A DNA stretch of 45,571 nucleotides from assembly GCA_049294415.1 (NCBI GenBank), contig JBAQCS010000037.1, forward strand, positions 1 through 45,571. Direction: 5' to 3'. Source of the stretch: Patescibacteria group bacterium (GTDB lineage Bacteria; Patescibacteriota; Patescibacteriia; Patescibacteriales; UBA12465). This document shows, piece after piece, positions 1 to 7,645 of the stretch. Both the position numbers and the translations under genes were made by a program. Position 1 is the stretch's first letter. Every line of letters starts with the position of its first letter. The notes beneath the pieces were generated by a model. The model worked only from the letters and a program-made list of their open reading frames with translations, made no database searches and was not told where the DNA came from.

Positions 1-389
1 GCGAATCCAAAGAAATTTCTTACGTTAAAGATTTCAAAATAAATATTGAAGAATATGCGGCAGCAGATGGTATAGAATATTTTATTAGCGCTGATAGTTC
101 CGATGATAAAACTTTATATGGTTTTTGCCGTTTAAGATTAAAGATGGAGAGTCCGATTGCCCCAGCGATGATTCGTGAGCTGCATGTTTACGGCGAACTG
201 ATGCCAGTTGGTGGTGGTAAAAAAACTCAACACCAGGGACTAGGAAAAATATTATTACTTGAAGCAGAGGCAATTGCTAAAAAAGCTGGAGCTAAAAAAA
301 TAGCTGTTATTTCCGGGGTGGGTGCCCGTGGTTATTACCGCAAAACTGGCTACAAGTTGAAAGATAGTTATATGATTAAGGGTATTTGA
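1..389 (+). CDS. Elp3-like radical-SAM/GNAT tRNA U34 modification enzyme, C-terminal (acetyltransferase) part; 5' end lies outside the window
   Basis: Frame 3 is open from nt 3 (ESKEISYVKDF...YGFCRLRLKMESP) into the listed ORF 144..389. It contains IRELHVYG and QHQGLGKILL (Q/RxxGxG/A acetyl-CoA motif), both typical of the Elp3 C-terminal domain. Confidence 0.65.
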   Translation, partial: ESKEISYVKDFKINIEEYAAADGIEYFISADSSDDKTLYGFCRLRLKMESPIAPAMIRELHVYGELMPVGGGKKTQHQGLGKILLLEAEAIAKKAGAKKIAVISGVGARGYYRKTGYKLKDSYMIKGI

Positions 390-450
390 CATAATTAGCT
401 AATGGTAGTAAATTTATTGGAATTATTGTCGAACTTTAAAAAACTATATC

Positions 451-885
451 ATGAATAGAGATGGAAGGTTTGTTATTAAAGAACTCCAAGAAAGAACGCA
501 GACTGCTCAGAAAAATACTGAAATGGCTAAAGCCGAAGAAGCAATCGCTGCCAGAGTTCGTGAGTCTGAAAAAATAAAAAAACAGGCGAAAAAAATCTTT
601 GCCGAAGTTGTAACTGAAGAAAATCTATTTGCGGTGGCTGATAGGGGCTTTAATGATTACCCTATTTTATTCATCAGAAGTGATCGCAAGCCAGCTAAAG
701 ACAAAAAAAATGGCTATAGAGGGTTTAGTGAGTTAGCTGTTTTCTTGTTGGAAGAATTAAAGGCTAATAATTTTGAGCCGCAGATTATTTTTGTTCATAA
801 AGAGGGGCAATTCACAGGACCACATCATATGTTTATGTCTAAAGGCATTGATAAAGTGGGCTATTATTTAGGAATTAAATGGTGA
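451..885 (+). CDS. hypothetical protein (144 aa, Lys/Glu-rich N-terminus)
   Basis: Clean ORF with a TGA stop, followed by a hairpin terminator. No motif recognised. Confidence 0.55.
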   Translation: MNRDGRFVIKELQERTQTAQKNTEMAKAEEAIAARVRESEKIKKQAKKIFAEVVTEENLFAVADRGFNDYPILFIRSDRKPAKDKKNGYRGFSELAVFLLEELKANNFEPQIIFVHKEGQFTGPHHMFMSKGIDKVGYYLGIKW

Positions 886-894
886 AAAAAACAG

Positions 895-927
895 GAAGTC
901 AATCTCATTGGTTGACTTCTTTTATTT
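895..927 (+). terminator. rho-independent terminator after 451..885
   Basis: GAAGTCAA (895-902) pairs with TTGACTTC (912-919), followed by a T-rich run. Confidence 0.6.
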
Positions 928-955
928 TGACAAAAGACCCTTACTAAACTATCAT
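927..955 (+). promoter_or_regulatory. sigma70-type promoter for glyA-folD
   Basis: TTGACA (927-932), 17-nt spacer, TATCAT (950-955). Confidence 0.5.
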
Positions 956-976
956 AAATAGGTATCAAACAAATAT

Positions 977-2221
977 ATGAAATACGAATTTTTGCCAACT
1001 CAAGACCCTGAATTATGGGGTTTTATTCAAGAAGAAGAAGCTCGTCAGGAAACTGAAATTGAGTTAATTGCTTCAGAAAATTATGCTTCCCCAGCTGTTT
1101 TAGAAGCTATGGCTACGGCTTTAGCTAATAAATACAGTGAAGGTTATAGTGGTCATAGATATTATGGCGGAAATTACGTCATTGATAAGATAGAAAGCTT
1201 AGCCATAGCTCGGGCTAAAGAATTATTTAGCGCTGAGCATGCTAATGTTCAACCTTTATCAGGATCGCCGGCTAATGCCGCTGTTTATATGGCTTTTCTA
1301 GAGCCAGGAGACAAGGTGTTAGGATTAAGACTTGATCATGGTGGACACTTGTCCCATGGTCATAGTGTTAATTTTTCTGGCCGCTTATATAATTTTGTGC
1401 AATACGGGGTTAATCCTGAGACTGGTATTATTGATATGGATGAAGTGCGTCGTATCGCTCTAGCAGAAAAACCAAAAATGATTGTAGCTGGTTTTTCAGC
1501 TTATTCCAGGGAGATTGATTGGAAGAGATTTAAAGAGATTGCTGATGAAGTTGGCGCTTATACCTTTGCTGATATTGCTCACATCGCTGGCTTAGTAGTA
1601 GCTGGTGTGGTAAATAATCCAGTTCCTTATTTTGATGTAGTTTCTACTACCACCCATAAAACCTTACGTGGTCCTCGTGGTGCCCTCATTTTATGTAAAG
1701 AGAAATACGCTAAGCAAATTGATCGTGCCGTGTTTCCAGGTATGCAAGGTGGTCCACACGATCACATTACTGCGGCTAAGGCTGTGGCTTTTGGTGAGGC
1801 TTTAAAACCAGAATTTAAAGAATATGCTAAACAAATTATTCTTAATGCTCAGGCCCTAGCTAATTCTTTAATTAGTAAAGGTTATAAAATAGTTTCTGGC
1901 GGTACTGATAATCATTTGTTTGTCATGGATTTACATGAAAAAGGTTTAGCTGGTAAGGAAGTAGAAATTGCCCTAGAGACAATTGGTATTTCAGTATCTC
2001 GTTCCACTATTCCTAATGACCCTAATCCACCAATGAATCCATCGGGCGTTAGAATTGGTACTCCAGCTGTTACTACTCGTGGTATGAAAGAACCGGAAAT
2101 GGAAATATTGGCCGATTTAATTGACCGTGCTATTATCCATCGTACTGATTTAGAGGTTTTAGCCTCCTTAAAACAAGAAATTGAAAAATTAAGTGTATCG
2201 TTCCCGATTTATAAAAAATAA
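977..2221 (+). CDS. glyA: serine hydroxymethyltransferase
   Basis: 414 aa. ELIASENY, GGHLSHGH and TTTHKTLRGPRG (PLP-lysine block) are canonical SHMT motifs. Confidence 0.97.
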   Translation: MKYEFLPTQDPELWGFIQEEEARQETEIELIASENYASPAVLEAMATALANKYSEGYSGHRYYGGNYVIDKIESLAIARAKELFSAEHANVQPLSGSPANAAVYMAFLEPGDKVLGLRLDHGGHLSHGHSVNFSGRLYNFVQYGVNPETGIIDMDEVRRIALAEKPKMIVAGFSAYSREIDWKRFKEIADEVGAYTFADIAHIAGLVVAGVVNNPVPYFDVVSTTTHKTLRGPRGALILCKEKYAKQIDRAVFPGMQGGPHDHITAAKAVAFGEALKPEFKEYAKQIILNAQALANSLISKGYKIVSGGTDNHLFVMDLHEKGLAGKEVEIALETIGISVSRSTIPNDPNPPMNPSGVRIGTPAVTTRGMKEPEMEILADLIDRAIIHRTDLEVLASLKQEIEKLSVSFPIYKK

Positions 2222-2225
2222 AATC

Positions 2226-3059
2226 ATGAAATTAATTGATGGCCGCCAAATAGCCGAAACAATCAAAGACACCATTGCTCAAGAAATTTTTGAGTTAGTT
2301 AAAGATGGGGTTAACCGTCCTAGTTTAGCTATTATTTTAGTTGGCGAGCGACCAGATTCACAGCTTTATGTTTCTCTTAAGGAAAAACAAGCTAAATTAA
2401 TTGGCATTGATACTCATCGTTATGAATTTTCGGAAGACACTAGTGAAGATGAACTTATAGCTACTATTAATTTTTTAAATAATGATCCAGAGGTAGATGC
2501 TATTTTAGTTCAGTTGCCATTACCTAGTCAGATTGATACCGATAAAATCATGGGACAACTTAATCCGTTAAAAGATGCGGATGGTTTTCATCCTAATCAT
2601 CCTGATTACGTGGAATCTCCAGTTATTGCTGCAGTGGGTGCCATGCTTGATGATATTAAAATCAAACCAGCTAATTTAAGTGCTTGCGCTTTGTATAATT
2701 CAGAAGTTTTTGGTTCAGCTTTAACTAGTTACTTAACTAAATATGGTTTTAGAGAAGTAGATGGTGTAACTAGTAGTGAAATTAGAAATAACTGGCCAAC
2801 TTTGCAAAATGCTGATGTTTTAGTTAGTGCTATTGGCTTTCCTTTATTTGTTAATGAGGAAATGATTAAACATGGTTCAGTGATTATTGATATTGGTACT
2901 AATAAATTAGAAAATAAAGTAGTTGGTGATGTTAATTTTGAAAGCGTTAAGGATAAAGTTTCTTATATTTCGCCAGTACCTGGTGGTGTGGGGCCACTCA
3001 CGATAGCTTTCCTATTCAAAAATGTTTTAGAAATATATAAACATAAAAACCTTTCCTAA
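2226..3059 (+). CDS. folD: bifunctional methylenetetrahydrofolate dehydrogenase/cyclohydrolase
   Basis: MKLIDGRQIA start, YVSLKEKQAK, KDADGFHP, PVPGGVGPLT. I chose the ATG at 2226 rather than the track start 2193, which overlaps the glyA end. The NADP-loop region is divergent (NSEVFGS instead of GRSxxVG). Confidence 0.85.
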   Translation: MKLIDGRQIAETIKDTIAQEIFELVKDGVNRPSLAIILVGERPDSQLYVSLKEKQAKLIGIDTHRYEFSEDTSEDELIATINFLNNDPEVDAILVQLPLPSQIDTDKIMGQLNPLKDADGFHPNHPDYVESPVIAAVGAMLDDIKIKPANLSACALYNSEVFGSALTSYLTKYGFREVDGVTSSEIRNNWPTLQNADVLVSAIGFPLFVNEEMIKHGSVIIDIGTNKLENKVVGDVNFESVKDKVSYISPVPGGVGPLTIAFLFKNVLEIYKHKNLS

Positions 3060-3083
3060 TCAGAAAGGTAGTTTTTTAAATAA

Positions 3084-4865
3084 ATGCCGCACCGAAAAAA
3101 ACAATTACAGGAGTTACTTAAAATTCATTTTGGCTATGATTCTTTTCGACCTGGGCAAGAAGAGGCTATTGATTATGTGATGGCCGGACAAAGCACAGTA
3201 GTTATTTTGCCAACTGGTGGTGGTAAATCTATGATTTATCAGTTACCAGCTTTAGTTTTAGAAGGGGTGACTTTAGTAGTTTCCCCACTGATTGCTTTGA
3301 TGAAAGATCAAGTTGATTCTTTGGATCGCGTTGGCATTCCTTCCACGTTTATTAATTCTTCTATTTCACCCCAAGAAACAGAGAATAGATTAAAAAAAAT
3401 AAAGAATGGTTATTATAAAATAGTTTATGTTGCTCCAGAACGTTTTTATAATTCAACCTTCATGGCTGATTTAAAAACCATTAAAGTTTCTTTATTTGCT
3501 ATTGATGAAGCCCATTGTATTAGTCAGTGGGGTCATGATTTTAGACCAAGTTATTTGCGGCTTAAAGAAGTGGTTAAAATAGTTGGCTCACCGACGGTTG
3601 TAGCCCTAACTGCGACAGCTACCCCAGAAGTTCGTGAAGATATTGCTAAGCAGCTTGGTTTAAAGGATCCTAAATATGTTATTTCTGGTTTTGCTAGACC
3701 TAATTTACAATTAGCTTCCGTTCAAGCTAACAATGCTAAGAAGCTAGAATACATTCTCGATACTTTAGATAACAATAATAATTTAGGTTCAGGCATTATT
3801 TATGTTGGTACTAGATCCAAAGCTGATGAAATATTAGAAAGACTATTAGAGCGCGATATTAAAGCAGTAGTTTACCATGCCGGTATGGACCCTGAGAGTC
3901 GCGATTGGGTACAGAATAGTTTTATGAAAGGCGAAGCTCAAGTAGTAGTGGCGACTAATGCTTTTGGTTTAGGAATTAATAAAAAGGATATTCGTTTTGT
4001 TATTCACTTTGATTTACCAGGCACAGTTGAGGCCTATTATCAGGAAGCGGGACGAGCTGGTCGCGACGGCAAACCTAGTTTTTGTTTATTATTTTTTTCA
4101 CCACAAGATAGATACTTACGAGAATTTTTTATTAAAGGTGATAACCCGTCACCTAATATTGTCTTAGAGATTTTTGATCTACTAGTTTCTTGGTCTAGTC
4201 GTAATGCTGAAATTGGTGAAGAAACAGTTTTATTAACCTATACGGAAATCATTCAAAATTTATCAGAAGCTGTGCCAGAAATGGCGGTGGGAACAGCACT
4301 TAAAATTTTAGAAAAAGAAGGTTATTTGTCACGTCCAAATGATAAGAGCTCTAATGCCTTTTTAAAAACTAAATTTGATTGTGAGGCTATTTTTCAGGCG
4401 GTTGGTAAAAGAGCCAAAACACAAATAGAAGTTATTTCTAAATTATTTGAGAAGTATAATTCTGAAATAATTAAAGGTTTTGAATTTAATCTAGATAATG
4501 TCGCGGCTATTATTGGTTGTAAAAAAGATTCATTATCTAGAACTATCAAAAAATTACAAGAAAAAGATTTAATTGAATATCGCCCACCTTTTCGTGGCAC
4601 AGAAATTAAAATTTTAAAACATGTATCTTCGGAAGAACTTAATTTAGACTTTAAAGCGCTAAAAGAAAAGGCTGATAGAGCTTATGAAAAATTAGATGAG
4701 ATGGAGCAATATGTTTATCAGATTGGTTGTCGCCAACAATATATTTTAAAATATTTTGGGGATCATGACGCTAAACCTTGTGGTGCTTGTGACAATTGTT
4801 TAAAATTAAAAAAGGTTAAAGACGCTGGCGGTAAAGATTATCGTTATAAAGAGTATTTAGGATAA
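3084..4865 (+). CDS. recQ: RecQ-family ATP-dependent DNA helicase
   Basis: FGYDSFRPGQ, PTGGGKS, DEAHCISQWGHDFRP, TATAT, QEAGRAGRDG, and a Cys cluster CGACDNC near the C-terminus. Confidence 0.92.
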   Translation: MPHRKKQLQELLKIHFGYDSFRPGQEEAIDYVMAGQSTVVILPTGGGKSMIYQLPALVLEGVTLVVSPLIALMKDQVDSLDRVGIPSTFINSSISPQETENRLKKIKNGYYKIVYVAPERFYNSTFMADLKTIKVSLFAIDEAHCISQWGHDFRPSYLRLKEVVKIVGSPTVVALTATATPEVREDIAKQLGLKDPKYVISGFARPNLQLASVQANNAKKLEYILDTLDNNNNLGSGIIYVGTRSKADEILERLLERDIKAVVYHAGMDPESRDWVQNSFMKGEAQVVVATNAFGLGINKKDIRFVIHFDLPGTVEAYYQEAGRAGRDGKPSFCLLFFSPQDRYLREFFIKGDNPSPNIVLEIFDLLVSWSSRNAEIGEETVLLTYTEIIQNLSEAVPEMAVGTALKILEKEGYLSRPNDKSSNAFLKTKFDCEAIFQAVGKRAKTQIEVISKLFEKYNSEIIKGFEFNLDNVAAIIGCKKDSLSRTIKKLQEKDLIEYRPPFRGTEIKILKHVSSEELNLDFKALKEKADRAYEKLDEMEQYVYQIGCRQQYILKYFGDHDAKPCGACDNCLKLKKVKDAGGKDYRYKEYLG

Positions 4866-4867
4866 AT

Positions 4868-5548
4868 ATGAAAGAACAACAAGTAGAAAAATTACTAAAA
4901 GTTGTTAAAGATAACTATCAAGAAATTGCTGGTGATTTTGATGAGACTCGTAAAAAACCAATTTGGCCAGAACTTCTTAAGAGAGTGACTGAAGTAAAAG
5001 ATGGTAATAGCGTTTTGGATGTAGGTTGTGGCAATGGACGATTACTTGAAGCTCTTAAAGATAAAAAGATAAATTATTTAGGCATTGATAATAGTGAAAA
5101 TTTAATTGCCTTGGCTCAAAAAAATTATCCAGATAATAAATTTTTTGTTGGCAATATTTTAGACCTTGATGAATTAAAGGAAAAATATAATTTCGTAATT
5201 TCTGTGGCAGTCTTACATCATTTACCTAGCTTTAAATTACGTCAGCATGCACTCTTAGAAATGCTTAATACTACTAAAGATAACGGTTCAGTTATTTTTA
5301 GTGTGTGGCGTTTGTGGAATAATAAAAAATATCGCCCACTACTATTACAAAATATTTGGAAGAAAATAACGGGACGTTATGATTTAGAAATTGGTGATTT
5401 ATTGTTTCATTGGAAGAAAGGAAATAGTCAAAGATATTACCACGCTTTTACTAAGAGAGAATTAAGAAAACTAGTCAGGACGGCTGGTTATAAAAATTTT
5501 GAATTAATAACCGAGCAATTTAATTATTGGGTAATTATTAAAAAATAA
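4868..5548 (+). CDS. class I SAM-dependent methyltransferase (possibly Trm9-like)
   Basis: Motif I is VLDVGCGNGRLL. The C-terminal DLLFHW...QRYYHAFTKRELRKL resembles the Trm9/ALKBH8-MT block as I remember it. The family-level call needs an HMM check. Confidence 0.8.
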   Translation: MKEQQVEKLLKVVKDNYQEIAGDFDETRKKPIWPELLKRVTEVKDGNSVLDVGCGNGRLLEALKDKKINYLGIDNSENLIALAQKNYPDNKFFVGNILDLDELKEKYNFVISVAVLHHLPSFKLRQHALLEMLNTTKDNGSVIFSVWRLWNNKKYRPLLLQNIWKKITGRYDLEIGDLLFHWKKGNSQRYYHAFTKRELRKLVRTAGYKNFELITEQFNYWVIIKK

Positions 5549-5557
5549 GCTCAACTC

Positions 5558-5587
5558 TTGACACCCCGAGGGGGTATAGTATATAAT
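5558..5587 (+). promoter_or_regulatory. promoter with embedded GC-rich palindromic operator
   Basis: TTGACA (5558-5563), 18-nt spacer, TATAAT (5582-5587). The spacer is occupied by ACACCCCGAGGGGGTAT (5561-5577), an inverted C4/G4 repeat. The ATG at 5596 lies only 8 nt after the -10 element, so the mRNA is nearly leaderless. Confidence 0.6.
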
Positions 5588-5595
5588 AGCTGTAT

Positions 5596-5826
5596 ATGAA
5601 AACACCCGAACAAAGAATTAATATTTTAATTGGACAACTGGAGTCAATTAAAATTAAATTAGGAGATAAAAAAACTGAATGTGGCGCTTTGATGATTCAG
5701 TTAAAAGCTGTTAAATCAGGCCTGTCTTCTTTAATGGAAGAGGTTTTATCCTCAGAATTTGAGTGTTGTTTAAAAAGCGGTCAAAAAGAAAAAATAAAAA
5801 ATATTTTTAAAGAAATAATTAAATAA
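5596..5826 (+). CDS. CsoR/RcnR/FrmR/CstR-family (DUF156) metal- or thiol-sensing transcriptional repressor
   Basis: 76 aa, all-helical. RINILIGQLESI start; Cys29 and Cys58 are 29 residues apart, as in family members; position 54 (the Cu-ligand His position) is Glu. Confidence 0.65.
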   Translation: MKTPEQRINILIGQLESIKIKLGDKKTECGALMIQLKAVKSGLSSLMEEVLSSEFECCLKSGQKEKIKNIFKEIIK

Positions 5827-5841
5827 TTAAATAATAAATTT

Positions 5842-6174
5842 ATGTCACAAGCAATGGATGTAAATAACTCCAACTTCGAACAAGAAGTTTTAAAGAGTGA
5901 AATACCTGTTTTAGTAGATTTTTGGGCTCCTTGGTGTATGCCTTGCCGTATGATGGCTCCAACTTTAGACGCCTTGGCAGTTGATTTAGCTGGTAAGCTA
6001 AAAATAGTTAAGGTTAATACTGAAGAAAGCGATAACCAAGCCTTAGCTATGAAATATCAAATTCAAAGCATCCCTAATATGAAACTATTTAAGGGTGGTG
6101 AAGTAATCGGTGAGTTCATCGGCTTAAGAGATAAAGAAACTTTAAGAGCTGATGTTGACGCTTTAATTAAATAA
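5842..6174 (+). CDS. trxA: thioredoxin
   Basis: 110 aa. VLVDFWAPWCMPCRMMAP; the active site is CMPC instead of the usual CGPC. Also IQSIPNMKLFKGGE. Confidence 0.9.
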   Translation: MSQAMDVNNSNFEQEVLKSEIPVLVDFWAPWCMPCRMMAPTLDALAVDLAGKLKIVKVNTEESDNQALAMKYQIQSIPNMKLFKGGEVIGEFIGLRDKETLRADVDALIK

Positions 6175-6186
6175 GCTTCAAATATA

Positions 6187-6220
6187 GAAAAAAGCGGGCA
6201 TTTGCATGTCCGCTTTTTAT
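6187..6220. terminator. bidirectional rho-independent terminator
   Basis: A-run, then GCGGGCAT/ATGTCCGC hairpin (6194-6213), then T-run. It sits between convergent trxA and 6228..6854. Confidence 0.7.
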
Positions 6221-6227
6221 TTTGGTC

Positions 6228-6854
6228 TTAGTTGTTAAGACCAGTAATACTGTCCAATATTTTTTCTGCTTTTTTAAGCTCAGATGAACTTAATTCCTTG
6301 GTGTCTTTAACTAGTTCATCGCTGAAGTCACCTGCTAACAAAAGTAATGACTTATTACTTTTGGCGTTAGCAATGATAAATTCTTCTAATCTTTTAGCCT
6401 TTTGCTGATAATCAGGTTCATCTAGCATAATGGATAGTAATACAGATTCCATTAAGAGTTTGGCCCAATGTAAAGAACTTATTCGGTTAGCAGCCGTAGA
6501 AAACAATTCCATTAATAATCTTTTTTTATGAAAATCGGAAATAGAATTTTCTAATTCATAAATAAAGTTAGCCAGTTGAGTAAAAGATGCTTCTTCAATT
6601 AAACTTTCATAATAACTTTTAATGTTTTTTCTGAAAGCCGCGATGTAAGCGATAGGAATTTGAGCAATTAATTCCGGTGTTAGTTGGTTGTTTCCAGCTA
6701 AGGCTTGAAAGAGTTTAATAATTGCCTCGTTTTCAAGAAAATTGATTTCCATTTTTCTTTTCTGTTTTAACAGAACAACAATTAAACAAAACATTGCTAA
6801 GGATAAAACGCTTAACAGTATTAAACCCCAGTTGTTAATTATTAGTTTTTCCAT
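6228..6854 (-). CDS. hypothetical N-terminally membrane-anchored helical protein
   Basis: One N-terminal TM (WGLILLSVLSLAMFCLIVVLL). Distant paralog of 6867..7508, sharing the block W-x-x-LL...(D/E)P-x-D...K..E.I.F.I..A. Confidence 0.6.
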   Translation of the reverse strand: MEKLIINNWGLILLSVLSLAMFCLIVVLLKQKRKMEINFLENEAIIKLFQALAGNNQLTPELIAQIPIAYIAAFRKNIKSYYESLIEEASFTQLANFIYELENSISDFHKKRLLMELFSTAANRISSLHWAKLLMESVLLSIMLDEPDYQQKAKRLEEFIIANAKSNKSLLLLAGDFSDELVKDTKELSSSELKKAEKILDSITGLNN

Positions 6855-6866
6855 GGTTGTTATTTT

Positions 6867-7508
6867 TTATTCTAACTGAGAAAGTGAATTATTAATTCTT
6901 AACATGGCAATTTCAATTTTGTTTTTCCAGCCTTCATTAAAGTGGTCGGATAGAAGTATTCGTCTAATTTTTCCTTCAAATAATTGACTTAACTCCAGAC
7001 CGAGTTCTTGTTGTTCGGCTATAGTAATTACAAAGCCTATTACTTCAGCTGTTTTGTCTAAATCAGCAGGATCTTGGGCGACGGTTTCAGCTATAATAGC
7101 TTGAGTTAAAAGATTGCCCCAGACTTCGATTTTAATTTCTTCGGCTGCCTGATAGAGTAAAGACATTAAATAGTCTCGGCGATCGGAAATAACCACGGCT
7201 CTGATTTGTAAAAGATGATCACCCAGGGTAACGGCTTTTAGTTTGTTAAAACAAATGAAATAATGCTGAACAATAGTTCGTCTAATTTCTTTAATAACTT
7301 CCAGAGGCGTGATGTTAAAGATGTTAACATCGAAGGTTTCTGACTTTTGACTTTGCTCCAGCATAGCTGTTAACAAATTTGTTTTACTGGTTTCATTGTA
7401 AACAATTTTCCGGATACGTTTCACTTTAAGTTTAAAGATAGTGATAACTGCGATTTCAGCTAGAGCGAGTAATACAAAAATAATTACAATTGTTGTAGTT
7501 GTTGGCAT
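6867..7508 (-). CDS. hypothetical N-terminally membrane-anchored helical protein (paralog of 6228..6854)
   Basis: N-terminal TM (IVIIFVLLALAEIAVITIF), same length class and same C-terminal block as its neighbour. An upstream TTGACA-17-TAGTAT promoter is present on the minus strand. Confidence 0.6.
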   Translation of the reverse strand: MPTTTTIVIIFVLLALAEIAVITIFKLKVKRIRKIVYNETSKTNLLTAMLEQSQKSETFDVNIFNITPLEVIKEIRRTIVQHYFICFNKLKAVTLGDHLLQIRAVVISDRRDYLMSLLYQAAEEIKIEVWGNLLTQAIIAETVAQDPADLDKTAEVIGFVITIAEQQELGLELSQLFEGKIRRILLSDHFNEGWKNKIEIAMLRINNSLSQLE

Positions 7509-7596
7509 GATTTTTTAGTTTTTAAGGTTCGTATTATTAACTGTTGATACTAACATTAAATAAAATAAATGTCAATGCTTATATAAACTAGAATAT

Positions 7597-7629
7597 AAAA
7601 AAACAGGACCCGTTAAGGTCCTGTTTTTA
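7597..7629. terminator. rho-independent terminator (serves 7646..8644)
   Basis: ACAGGACC (7603-7610) pairs with GGTCCTGT (7617-7624), flanked by A- and T-runs. Confidence 0.7.
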
Positions 7630-7645
7630 AAGTGTCTAAGTTCGA

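Noticed and set aside
2193-2225. Longer N-terminal extensions offered by the track (2193 for folD, 17040, 26341, 33101, 35742)
   Set aside because: The extensions overlap the preceding gene. Paralog and family alignments begin at the internal ATGs (2226, 17118, 26419, 33143, 35751).
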